This document shows, in pieces, positions 38,938 to 49,032 of a DNA stretch of 64,000 nucleotides. Position numbers and translations under genes: made by a program. Within the stretch, counting starts at the first letter, position 1. Each line of letters starts with the position of its first letter. Location of the stretch: IMG/VR virus record IMGVR_UViG_3300025018_000091, one strand, 5' to 3'. The DNA is from a virus. Its lineage: Duplodnaviria; Caudoviricetes. Under the pieces are notes generated by a model. That model was not told where the DNA came from. It saw only the letters and a program-made list of their open reading frames with translations, and made no database searches.

Positions 38938-41900
38938 TTACCAACGATATTTAATTTCTATTTCATCAATTTCAAAAATCATATTTTGAGTAGAACTCTG
39001 GAACCAAGCACCTATCGTTAATACTAAGTATCCATTAACACTATTAACATAATCTGTTAATGTTCCGGCTGTATCATCTAATGTCATAACATATGTTTCA
39101 CCAGTATATGGTAGCAAATGACCAAACAATGCTCCTGCTGGATAATCATCTGATTTTGGTGTTCCTGTATTGATCTTATTTTGTACACTTAAAAATATAG
39201 ACATAGTAGATGTATCATTAGCATATGCGTTTCCAGTTGCTGTAGCTTTAGCGTAAACCAATTTTACTTCCGGAGGGATAATGTCAGTTAATTCGAATAT
39301 TAACTGATAAGCTTTTATGTAATTAGGTGCTGCTGCTGTGTAAAAATATACAACTTGCAAAGAAGAATATGTATAATCTACTGGTTTTGTTGCAACGCCA
39401 ACTGTCATTTGATTAATGTATCCATCAACAGTTGATACACCATCTAAAAGTCTTAATTTTCTGGTAATAGTTTGATTGATGTTTCTCTCTACAAGCCATC
39501 TTGCCGACACGTCAGTAGGCGCATATATTAGGTTTGTACTTGTTCCATTCTTATATGGACTATCTAAATAATTTTCAGTAATTATACCTGCAGAATTACT
39601 TCCATTCCAAGAGTTTGACTCATAGTAAGCAAATCCTATGTAATAATAGATATCGCTATCTTCTCTATATAGCTTATTGTGTGTAATAATCATATTAGTA
39701 CCACTATAAGCAATTAATCTTGTAGCAGTTGTACTAGAACTTACGCCCTTAACAGTATTGTTGGTAATAATTGCTGATGCCTTGCAGAAAATACCTCCAC
39801 GACCATATTTGTAGATATTTAATGTTGGTATGTACCAATAACCAGCACCAATTATATTTCCAGAGATCACACAATTAGAATTGTTACCATTTAATGGATT
39901 TCCATAACCGTCTACAGCAGGAGTGTCTGTATAAGTATTTGCATTTACAAATATAGCAAATTGGCTTCCATAAGCTTCACCATCTGTAGTTCCACCACTA
40001 ACTTCTCCATATGGAGTAAGATATGAGTAATAATATGCATTTAGATGGTTACCTATAATAGATAGCTTGCTATTATCTTCAAACGCAATACCAACATGTA
40101 TCCAGCTTAACTTATTATCTTTTATCGTAACAAATCCAGATGGGTAGTTACTCATTTGAGTAGATACGCCAGAAACTCTCTCTGATGTTACAAAATACTT
40201 TCCAAGATGATCTTGTGTTGCTATGTAATAACAAGTATTGTTTTGTATTGTTAGATTTGTTGACTTGCTATTAAAATTGTTTGGATTATATGTTGGAGGT
40301 GTATTGGCAAACTTAGATCCAGACCCAATCCAATATCCAATGGTGCCAACAATATTGTTAGAGATAACACAATTGATAGCCATTAATCCTGGGTATACCA
40401 TTCTATCATTAGCCGTAACAGATGTCATTACAATAGATTGGCTTCTATTAAAAATATTGTTTGAGATCAATACATTAGACGCTATTGGTTGTGGTTGATC
40501 TGCATCTTGTTCAGTCGATGAATTAATAATAGAGATTCCGTTTCTATTATCTTCAGATGAAGTATTTACATTAAGATTATTGAATCTACATCCGGTTACA
40601 CGAACATTATCTAACACAGAATTATATGTTGTTAATTCGAAGTTAACAAATGGGAATCTATTAGAACTTGCCGTTACTGGATTATAATTAAACGTATTGT
40701 CTTCAATAAAAATATCTTGAAGTGTAGTAGTAATTGAAGATTGAATATATCCATATCCACTATTAACTAAATTAGATGATGTATAAATACTTGTATTTAA
40801 TTGTGGATCATATGTTGATGTAACATTACAATTACGAACCGTAGTAGAATTTGATGCATTACTTAACTTTACTAATCTAATAAAATCTCCAGTAAACCAA
40901 GAATCTTTTATAACATTTTTTGTGCTATTTACAAAATTAAACACATCACCAGGATAATAAGTTCGTGTTGGATAGAACATTACATCAACAGAACTGTTTA
41001 TAAATTGGAAGTCTTCACAATTAGTTAATCTAAATACAGACCCACCACTACTTGTCAGTGTTGGGTACATTATATTTAAAGAACAATCTTTAAATACTAT
41101 ATTATTTGCATTTGCTAAATCTATAGCAATATTATTAGTCATGGCTATGCCAGGATCAATTGTAATATTACAATTTTCAAATCTTAACAAATTAGATTCT
41201 GAAGAGAATGTTAGTAAGTTAGAGAAATATAAGTTGATATTCTTAAAAGTTACATTAGATCCAATGTTAACTGTTCCAGTAAATTCTAAGTTTGCATCAT
41301 CTTTTCCATCTATAACTATTAATCCTCTATCATCTGTTCCAATTTTAAGATCTTCTGTAATTATAGTGCCATTTGGTTCTGCTAATGTAATAGCAGCGCC
41401 TTTAATAACTACAGACCCATTATATGAATTATTATAATTCAGCCAATTGAATATTGATGATATACTCTTAAAATTGCTCTGACCTTCTCCAGCATTGTAT
41501 CTTAATGGTAAGTTGGCATCAACATCAGTCACATATTTTCTTACATCACGCATTACTAACGTAGATGTTGCTACGCTCATAGTTACAGACACACTGCTGT
41601 ATACCACATACAATAACGTCAAATCTTTTCTATTATTTACGATATCAGAAAAATATGCAGCATCTAATTTATATGTCTGACCATTTAATGGATTATATGC
41701 TAAGAAAATTCTATCAGCATTTGGTGTACCATTAACATCATCATAATCTAATAATGGTATTGGCTGATACTCGCCCTTATCATTAACACATAGCGCCCAA
41801 TTTATATCATATTTATTCCCACCATAAGATTCTTTAATCTTTGGTATAGCTACAGTTTCTCCATTTTTATAGATGACCTTGCCGCTTACAAGCGCTGCAC

Positions 41901-44829
41901 CACCCTTAAAATAAATTTGGTTATCAGTTGGATTAGTTCCTACAAGAACTGTTTGTAAGCCAAATCCTCTTATTACTCCATTTTGATGAAGTAATTTATC
42001 TGATAGAGAGATGTAACTTAAAGCGGAAGTACTTAAATCTTTTTCACTAATATTTCCAAATTGTCTTTCATCACGTACATAATTAACTAAATTTGAAACA
42101 GTATTATGCTGACATGTAGCAATCATCATGATTTCATCATCTAATGCTAATGATGGGAACAATTGTATATCAATTAGTTCATCAGCTATAGGTAGAGACA
42201 ATGTAGAATTAGCATCAAACATAATATCAATATAATCAACATGAGTTTCATCATAAAATCTAACTATTTCACCAATTCTACCAGAGACTAATGGACCATA
42301 TTTTGTATAATTAGAACCGTCATATGATACAAGGTATCCATCAAAATTTCCATAAATATCAAACGATAACATTCTTAAAGAAATTTTTGTTACAGAACCA
42401 AATTGATATCCTCTTAATTTAGTAGAAATTCTAACTAAATCTAGTTTTGCTAGATTTGTTGTAGAATACAATGTTACACCATTAACGGTTGTTCCTCCAT
42501 TAATATGGATTCTTCCTCTTTCATGAGTAAATGTATTGGCATTTTCATCGATAAATACTTCAAAATGTCTCTTAAAAGATGTGACTAAAGAAACATCAGT
42601 TGCGGTTTCTGCATTAAAAGATACCGAATCTGAATTGAAGTATAATGCAAATTCACCAGAACTGGATGTAGTTGCTGGAGAAGAACCATATGCATGTACG
42701 CCGTCATAAACAGTAATATCAGTATCTGATCCACTTCCACAACCAAATGCAATTGATTTTATTATAAATCTACCAAAATCTATTGTTGCACCAGTGCCAG
42801 CAGATTGTATTACTAATGTTTTGCCTGGCTTTAATCTAGTTGCCGATAAATCGATTCCAGCAATACGATATGTAACTTCTACTCTATCACCATATGGATT
42901 TCTTGCAGTAATATCTGCTAACCAATATCCATCACCATAGCCATCTAATAATTGACCTGTTTCAAAAGTTAATTTATCTTTTTCAGTACCATTAACATAA
43001 TAATTTGCTTTTGTTACAGGTACAAAAATTTTTGTTGGAATTTGAGCTGATTCAGTTGTAGTATAAGGTGTCATATAAGGTGGGCTTGCTATAGCTGCTC
43101 CTGAACCTCCAAATCCAAGTGGGTCTGGAGCGACAAGTGGAGAAGATGCAAACAATCCTACAACATTATTTGGGAATGCCACACCAGTTGCAGTTTGATC
43201 ATAACTTCCAGATACAACAATTCCATTTAAAATAGAAAATGATGCATTATTATAACAATCAGACATCATTATACCAATTTCACCCTGATATGAATAAGCT
43301 ATAAATCTATAATTAAATCCTGGTTGTCTAAATTGGTTGTTAATAGCTTCAACTACAGATTCTAAAGTATAAGAACCTGGTGTAGCTCCTGCATTACCTG
43401 TAACATCGATAGCGGGAAGAATAATGTATCCATCTTGAGGGAAACCAGTAGGATATAAAGCTAAATATAATAGATAATGGGTACTGTCTAATAAATCAGG
43501 ATTAAATCCGAGACCTAATGCCATAGCATTACGAGGGTTGCCAACAATTAAGCTTGGCATAATTGATGTACCCATATCATGATTGACTGCTGCAGATGCT
43601 AATACACCAAATTTATTATTATTGAATAGTGATTTATCAATTCTTGCACTTGCATATCCATCAGAAGAATAGAACATATTCTTTCCAAAAATTCTAACAA
43701 TATATGTTGTTCCTGCTACAAATTTTTTCTCTTTTATAACATAAGGAACTTCAACTGCACCATGCTCACTGGTTGCAGTATAACTAATACGAATAATATC
43801 ACCTGGTTTTACTAAAGAAAATTGTGTATCAAATTCAAACGTAGTTAATACACTAGTAGATGGTTTAAATTCTATAATATCATCACCAGTATCAATATCA
43901 TCAACGGGAGCGCTGCCAGGAACTATTGCAAGAGGATCGTAAGTGCCCAACAAATATACTCTTACTGGAGTTGATGGAACGATAGCCGGACCTGCAATCT
44001 GAGAGCCTAACTTTGCAGATCTTGATATTCTAGAAATTCCATTAGAATATAAGTTTTGAATTCTTGTTCCATATAGGAAAATGCTAGATTCATCTATAAA
44101 TTGTGCAAATAATTGTAAATCATTGGCTGTATCAGGAATTACAGCAAACCTACTGGTATTTAGAAAAATACCTTCAGCAGGATGTGAATAATTGGCAGAA
44201 TAAGAGGAACCATTATTAGTAGTAATTGTATTGCTGGTAACATCTGTGCCGTCCGCAAATTGATGAACAAGTAATTCTGTATTCATATCATTAACTAAAT
44301 CATATGAATCAGAATTATCTCTATAAGTACCATATCTATTTTTTAGATATTTAATAGGATCCGCATTAACATCTATATGAGTAAGATCGTGACGATATAT
44401 GGCGCCACTCATATGTGGTTCTAATTTAATACCGCTAACTGAAATCCATCCTAAAGCAGTATTAATTCCAGTAACATTGTCTCTGATATAATTAAATAAA
44501 TCTCCAGTTCTATAATCAAGTCGTAATTTAGATTCTGGGATGTTTGCATTGTTTTCAATTTGACTATTTGTAATTGGTAATGTTACTAATCCCAAACTTG
44601 TTATAGCTGATGGATTTATAGCACCACTAGGAAGAAGAGCTACACCAATTCTTTGAGCAAGTGAGCCTGCAGTTCCTGATGCGCCTAAACCTATTTCATT
44701 TTCTATATTAAAAACAGCATCACGTACTGCATTTATAGCTTCACCACCAATTTCCGTTAAGTTATCGTTTACAAATGGTAAAGTTGTATCATCATCAAAA
44801 TCTGAAGGAAAATTACTCATATTCCACAC
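38938..44829 (-). CDS. Large tail fibre/tailspike with right-handed beta-helix (pectin-lyase-like) domain
   Basis: 1963 aa; fibre-type N-terminus 'SNFPSDFDD...AINAVRDAVFNIENEIG'; Asn-rich parallel beta-helix repeats (ISNNIF, ISNNIV, IQNNTC, IKDNKL, IIGNHL, ISGNII, ITNNTV, ITHNKL). Likely start is ATG at 44820. Confidence 0.7.
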   Translation of the reverse strand: MWNMSNFPSDFDDDTTLPFVNDNLTEIGGEAINAVRDAVFNIENEIGLGASGTAGSLAQRIGVALLPSGAINPSAITSLGLVTLPITNSQIENNANIPESKLRLDYRTGDLFNYIRDNVTGINTALGWISVSGIKLEPHMSGAIYRHDLTHIDVNADPIKYLKNRYGTYRDNSDSYDLVNDMNTELLVHQFADGTDVTSNTITTNNGSSYSANYSHPAEGIFLNTSRFAVIPDTANDLQLFAQFIDESSIFLYGTRIQNLYSNGISRISRSAKLGSQIAGPAIVPSTPVRVYLLGTYDPLAIVPGSAPVDDIDTGDDIIEFKPSTSVLTTFEFDTQFSLVKPGDIIRISYTATSEHGAVEVPYVIKEKKFVAGTTYIVRIFGKNMFYSSDGYASARIDKSLFNNNKFGVLASAAVNHDMGTSIMPSLIVGNPRNAMALGLGFNPDLLDSTHYLLYLALYPTGFPQDGYIILPAIDVTGNAGATPGSYTLESVVEAINNQFRQPGFNYRFIAYSYQGEIGIMMSDCYNNASFSILNGIVVSGSYDQTATGVAFPNNVVGLFASSPLVAPDPLGFGGSGAAIASPPYMTPYTTTESAQIPTKIFVPVTKANYYVNGTEKDKLTFETGQLLDGYGDGYWLADITARNPYGDRVEVTYRIAGIDLSATRLKPGKTLVIQSAGTGATIDFGRFIIKSIAFGCGSGSDTDITVYDGVHAYGSSPATTSSSGEFALYFNSDSVSFNAETATDVSLVTSFKRHFEVFIDENANTFTHERGRIHINGGTTVNGVTLYSTTNLAKLDLVRISTKLRGYQFGSVTKISLRMLSFDIYGNFDGYLVSYDGSNYTKYGPLVSGRIGEIVRFYDETHVDYIDIMFDANSTLSLPIADELIDIQLFPSLALDDEIMMIATCQHNTVSNLVNYVRDERQFGNISEKDLSTSALSYISLSDKLLHQNGVIRGFGLQTVLVGTNPTDNQIYFKGGAALVSGKVIYKNGETVAIPKIKESYGGNKYDINWALCVNDKGEYQPIPLLDYDDVNGTPNADRIFLAYNPLNGQTYKLDAAYFSDIVNNRKDLTLLYVVYSSVSVTMSVATSTLVMRDVRKYVTDVDANLPLRYNAGEGQSNFKSISSIFNWLNYNNSYNGSVVIKGAAITLAEPNGTIITEDLKIGTDDRGLIVIDGKDDANLEFTGTVNIGSNVTFKNINLYFSNLLTFSSESNLLRFENCNITIDPGIAMTNNIAIDLANANNIVFKDCSLNIMYPTLTSSGGSVFRLTNCEDFQFINSSVDVMFYPTRTYYPGDVFNFVNSTKNVIKDSWFTGDFIRLVKLSNASNSTTVRNCNVTSTYDPQLNTSIYTSSNLVNSGYGYIQSSITTTLQDIFIEDNTFNYNPVTASSNRFPFVNFELTTYNSVLDNVRVTGCRFNNLNVNTSSEDNRNGISIINSSTEQDADQPQPIASNVLISNNIFNRSQSIVMTSVTANDRMVYPGLMAINCVISNNIVGTIGYWIGSGSKFANTPPTYNPNNFNSKSTNLTIQNNTCYYIATQDHLGKYFVTSERVSGVSTQMSNYPSGFVTIKDNKLSWIHVGIAFEDNSKLSIIGNHLNAYYYSYLTPYGEVSGGTTDGEAYGSQFAIFVNANTYTDTPAVDGYGNPLNGNNSNCVISGNIIGAGYWYIPTLNIYKYGRGGIFCKASAIITNNTVKGVSSSTTATRLIAYSGTNMIITHNKLYREDSDIYYYIGFAYYESNSWNGSNSAGIITENYLDSPYKNGTSTNLIYAPTDVSARWLVERNINQTITRKLRLLDGVSTVDGYINQMTVGVATKPVDYTYSSLQVVYFYTAAAPNYIKAYQLIFELTDIIPPEVKLVYAKATATGNAYANDTSTMSIFLSVQNKINTGTPKSDDYPAGALFGHLLPYTGETYVMTLDDTAGTLTDYVNSVNGYLVLTIGAWFQSSTQNMIFEIDEIEIKYRW

Positions 44830-44839
44830 CGTTTAGTAT

Positions 44840-44872
44840 AATAATTCTGATTAATATATAACCAGAATTATT
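44840..44872. repeat. 10-bp inverted repeat (AATAATTCTG-N13-CAGAATTATT) between holin-like and tailspike genes
   Basis: Seen directly; AT-rich stem with a TATATATTAA loop. Confidence 0.6.
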
Positions 44873-45278
44873 CTTTGGTTTCTGTATCATCTACTATGCC
44901 TGCTGATGCACCATCGGCAGAAGGTGGTTGGGATGGTGAACCAAGTGATTTCATTTTACTACTAATAATTGCTTTTACCCATCTCCAAGCAAAACCTGAT
45001 AAAAGTCCAGCAACTAATCCAAATGCAAATCTACCACTTGCAGAAGTTATTTCTAATGGATATGGATATTGTACTGCAATAACCGCACCAAGAGAACCTA
45101 AAATTAATGGTAAAATAGGCAAAATCAATTCAGACCATAAATGATTTTCTTTTGCATCATAACCTTTAATATGAAAAGCATAATTTACTACCATTGTGAC
45201 TACATATGTAAATGCAGACACGGCTAAGCAAAATAAAACGAACTGATAACTAAAAAGAGCTTGTAGTGCAGTATCCAT
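44868..45278 (-). CDS. Small membrane protein, holin-like (3 predicted TM helices)
   Basis: Hydrophobic segments FVLFCLAVSAFTYVVTMVV, ILPILPLILGSLGAVIAV and FAFGLVAGLLSGFAW; charged C-terminal tail. Confidence 0.5.
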   Translation of the reverse strand: MDTALQALFSYQFVLFCLAVSAFTYVVTMVVNYAFHIKGYDAKENHLWSELILPILPLILGSLGAVIAVQYPYPLEITSASGRFAFGLVAGLLSGFAWRWVKAIISSKMKSLGSPSQPPSADGASAGIVDDTETKE

Positions 45279-45325
45279 AGATTTCTCCTTATGGAGTATA
45301 CGAAAGAATTAATATATTGTAGTAA

Positions 45326-46672
45326 TTATGGTCTTATAACTTCTATAATTAATGATGCTCCACCATACATATACATTGTTCCAAGATCATCACTATCAGC
45401 TTTCATAGCTACCACAGCCCTTATAGTATCAGGAACTATTATAGTATATATACTTGTTAATGTTATATACGATGGATCTATTGATGGTAAATCTATATAG
45501 ATTTCACCACCAGGCATAATAGTATCACCTAATAAACCATTTATTAAAATACAGGCATATCCGGAATTGCTAGAAGAATTAGCTACATACCCACTAAATG
45601 TTATTTTAACAACATCTCCTATTTGAGCAACATGATTTCCAGTCCACATAGCATATTCATAATCTTCTAATGTTGTACTAAAAAATTCATTCCATCCACT
45701 AAATGCACTACTAATATTTGAAGAATATGAAATATCTTGAAAAACCAATTTATTACTATTATTTATTTGGAAATTGGTTCCACCTGATTCTTTTATCCAA
45801 AGGCTACCGCTATCAGAATATAAAATAGTACCACTTGTAGGACTACTAACTGGTACAGAGTCTGCATTAGCAATATAAATTACTTTACCGCCACTATCTA
45901 TTGGCATCTCTGTATCAGTAACAGGTCCACATAATGATAGAACAAAACGTCCCTTATCATTTGGTTCCGTTATTTGTAACATTTTTAGAGCACCAGCGCC
46001 CGTTGCTAATGACAAAGTTCCTTGCTTATATATTGTTGGGGCATATGTATACCCTGCTGATAAAACAAGATCTCCTGCATTATTGGCTGTAGAGTTTTGT
46101 GCCTTAATAGTCATGCTATTACCAGCCGCAGCAATATTAGGCATAGAAATCACTGCTGGATTTAAACTAGTAAATGAAACGATTGGACATCTCATTTCAA
46201 CATAACCAGTTGGTCCAGTTCCTGTTCCTGTAATTGTTATTACTTCTTGACTTAAAAAATCTCCATCTAAATCTCCACCAGGCTCAAATTCATTTATTGT
46301 TCCTGGCGCCCAACTTGTACCACCCCATATTAATATTTGTCCTGATGTTGGAGCTGTGGATAATACTGTTCTGCCCTGAATTCTAGAAGCAGAACACCTA
46401 ACATTATCAATATCTACAGAATCTGATAAGTCTCCAGATAATTTAATAACACCTTTGACTGTAGATGTTGCATCAGGCACTGTAACTGCAAATGGTGCTA
46501 ATTCTTCAATTGCATCCTGAACATTTGTATGTGTCACAGAATTTATTACCACAGAAGGCTCTAATGTAATAATTCCTGCTTTATGATGAGGTGGTTTTCC
46601 ATCAATATGATCTTGAAAATCATATCTATCTGCTGCTAACCTTCCTACGCCTTTTCTAAATGTAGTTGTCAT
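45326..46672 (-). CDS. Tail fibre-like structural protein
   Basis: 'VPDATSTVKGVIKLSGDL' fibre repeat motif, 'GQILIWGGTSWAPG' trimeric fibre segment, beta-rich C-terminus. Confidence 0.6.
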   Translation of the reverse strand: MTTTFRKGVGRLAADRYDFQDHIDGKPPHHKAGIITLEPSVVINSVTHTNVQDAIEELAPFAVTVPDATSTVKGVIKLSGDLSDSVDIDNVRCSASRIQGRTVLSTAPTSGQILIWGGTSWAPGTINEFEPGGDLDGDFLSQEVITITGTGTGPTGYVEMRCPIVSFTSLNPAVISMPNIAAAGNSMTIKAQNSTANNAGDLVLSAGYTYAPTIYKQGTLSLATGAGALKMLQITEPNDKGRFVLSLCGPVTDTEMPIDSGGKVIYIANADSVPVSSPTSGTILYSDSGSLWIKESGGTNFQINNSNKLVFQDISYSSNISSAFSGWNEFFSTTLEDYEYAMWTGNHVAQIGDVVKITFSGYVANSSSNSGYACILINGLLGDTIMPGGEIYIDLPSIDPSYITLTSIYTIIVPDTIRAVVAMKADSDDLGTMYMYGGASLIIEVIRP

Positions 46673-46681
46673 AATTTGCCT

Positions 46682-48250
46682 TTATGGTAAAATGATAGTA
46701 TGTATATGTCCAACAGCAGATAATATCTGTCCATCTTTAACTACATGATTATGTCCCTGAACAACATCTGTTGTTTGATTTATTTGTGAAACAGATGTAA
46801 TATTCTCATTAATAACGATCTTGTGTGTATGTGGAAGAATTCCTGTTGTAAATCCAATACTTGTATTAAGTTGAGAAGGAAACATGCTGGTATCACTAAA
46901 AACACGTATTTGATATGCAGGATCTGTTTTTCTGATTCTTTGTGCTTTTATTTTTTGACCGCCCTGTAATTCTAATACAGTATTATTTCTTGTTACAGAT
47001 AAAACTTCATATCTATAATCTTCATTTCCATCCATATCATATAAAATCAAGATATCTCTATCTTTAATGGTAGGAACAGTTAGCGTCCAAAATTCTACAG
47101 GAAATTCAGATTCTAAACCAGCTTCCGTCATTTTTACATCTTCATCAGTTGGTCCTGGTCTAACCATTATTCTTCCATCTGATCTGCGAGGATTAAAATA
47201 TTGCTCATATCCAAACACAAATTTAGTTCCATAACATAATGGACATCTGTCATCTGGATATTCGCTTGAAGGTTGATAACATGAACATGTAATTCCAGTT
47301 CTAACTCTTTTAATTAAAACAGCAGGTTTTGCAGTAACACTTAAACCAAGCTCTTGTCTCTGTGTATTATTGTCTTGTAATGAAAATCCTCTTAACATTT
47401 GAAAATTGCCATATTGATCTATACATCCATGTTCGCCACCAATATAACTACCAACACATGTTCCATTTAATAATTGTACAGGATCTGTCCTATGCCACCC
47501 AGCATAATCATAAGCAGGAAAATCAACATTATATTCATCACTAACAGATAAATCTGACGTTAATAGATCTTTAGTAACTTGATGATATCCATCTTCATTT
47601 GTTCTTTGAAATTGTGGATATTCAAAACGACATTGACATTGAAAAACTTGATCCCAAGCACGGTCTTCTCCAACTACCCAAAAATTAATAGTAGGATTCC
47701 AAGTTCTATAGCCATCATATCCATCTACATTATGAATTCTTGGATCTGTGTTATTGTATCCTCGCAAATATCCATCAAGATTATTTAATATAAAATCTAC
47801 AGACATATATTGAATTAATTCAACACCCACTTTAATGATACCATCATTAGGAAAACCATAAGCATCTAATAATGGTATAGTTAAATCTGTAGCGGTAATA
47901 TTACCCCTTAATAAACTAGATGGAATAAGTCTTAAATTATCATAGGCTACAGGAAGATTTGTTAAATCATATAGACTAGGGTCATATTCAACAGGTCTAA
48001 CACAAAAGAAATATAATTGACCAGGAATTAAGTTAATAATATTTGCTTCTAATGAATCGTCAATAGAAACATATTTTACACCTTCAGTAAAAACGGTTTC
48101 TTTGATAGTAGAATAATAGATATTATATGCAATTCTATTTGGTGGAGTATTTCTATACGCCTGATGCCAGCGTAAATTGACAGTATATCCATCACCTAGT
48201 GAAGATACTAAGTCTAGACCTGATCTTACTGGATTAGGATAGAAAACCAT
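46682..48250 (-). CDS. Neck / head-closure-like protein with N-terminal FN3-like domain, Cys4 Zn finger and His-rich C-terminus
   Basis: FN3-like 'VNLRW...AYNIYYS...IINLIPGQLYFFCVRPV'; 'CSC...RCPLCYGT'; closure-like 'VPTIKDRDILI...RYEVLSVT'; HTH/HNH/HIH motifs at the C-terminus. Confidence 0.55.
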   Translation of the reverse strand: MVFYPNPVRSGLDLVSSLGDGYTVNLRWHQAYRNTPPNRIAYNIYYSTIKETVFTEGVKYVSIDDSLEANIINLIPGQLYFFCVRPVEYDPSLYDLTNLPVAYDNLRLIPSSLLRGNITATDLTIPLLDAYGFPNDGIIKVGVELIQYMSVDFILNNLDGYLRGYNNTDPRIHNVDGYDGYRTWNPTINFWVVGEDRAWDQVFQCQCRFEYPQFQRTNEDGYHQVTKDLLTSDLSVSDEYNVDFPAYDYAGWHRTDPVQLLNGTCVGSYIGGEHGCIDQYGNFQMLRGFSLQDNNTQRQELGLSVTAKPAVLIKRVRTGITCSCYQPSSEYPDDRCPLCYGTKFVFGYEQYFNPRRSDGRIMVRPGPTDEDVKMTEAGLESEFPVEFWTLTVPTIKDRDILILYDMDGNEDYRYEVLSVTRNNTVLELQGGQKIKAQRIRKTDPAYQIRVFSDTSMFPSQLNTSIGFTTGILPHTHKIVINENITSVSQINQTTDVVQGHNHVVKDGQILSAVGHIHTIILP

Positions 48251-48772
48251 TTATATTTTCTCCATTAATACATCTTCTAATTTATCGCGTTTCTTATCAT
48301 CATCTACTTCGTGATGTTCAAGTAGTCTATCAACATATTCTTCAGCCTCATCATCACCAAATTGTTCTGCAATATATTCTACTTGATTCTGAAACCCTTC
48401 TTGTTCAAATGGATTTTCTAAATAGTCACCATCATCTGAACTTTGAGTTGGTTTATCTCCAGTAGTTTGCTGAAGCCAATGCGTCATCTCATGAACACCA
48501 TAGGAAAAATCTTTAAAAAAATCACCATCGGTTAACAGTTTGTAATTATAGATGATTACACCATGATCGGTTTTAGCTGAAACATCTATTTTACCAAACG
48601 TCATCGGGATATGATCGATTTCATCAAGATCGACACCATATTCTTTGAACATGTCTTGAACCACAGGGTCTTTTTTTAAATATGCCCTCAACTTCTTAAT
48701 CAGTCGATTAAGAGTCTTATAAGGGAACTTTTTCACCACAGATAATGGGATCTTTTCTTGATCTTTAGACAT
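48251..48772 (-). CDS. Putative zinc metalloprotease (HExxH)
   Basis: 'YGVHEMTHWLQQ...NPFEQEG' gives HExxH plus a downstream Glu; TAA/ATG junction with the next gene. Confidence 0.55.
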   Translation of the reverse strand: MSKDQEKIPLSVVKKFPYKTLNRLIKKLRAYLKKDPVVQDMFKEYGVDLDEIDHIPMTFGKIDVSAKTDHGVIIYNYKLLTDGDFFKDFSYGVHEMTHWLQQTTGDKPTQSSDDGDYLENPFEQEGFQNQVEYIAEQFGDDEAEEYVDRLLEHHEVDDDKKRDKLEDVLMEKI

Positions 48773-48811
48773 ACTTCAATGATAAAATAATCATATTGTT
48801 ATATATAATAC

Positions 48812-49032
48812 ATGGCTCTTATAAGAATAAAAATACCAACATCGTTGCATCGTTTTCTTAAAAAGATTGATGTGCTAGACAAAAAAGAAGATAGCTCAGA
48901 TTATCATATAACCTTATTTATTATTGAAAATATATGCCCATTCATGATGTCTCTAAATCAGTTGAAGCAGTATGCAACGCAATCAAAAATACAAAACCAA
49001 TCAAATTAAAAATAAATAAAGTCATAAATTTT
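48812..49032 (+). pseudogene. Frameshifted, truncated 2H-phosphoesterase (2'-5' RNA ligase-like) fragment
   Basis: MALIRIKIP...DYHITLF (HxT motif) continues in another frame as MPIHDVSKSVEAV...KPIKLKINKV; no second HxT motif. Confidence 0.5.
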
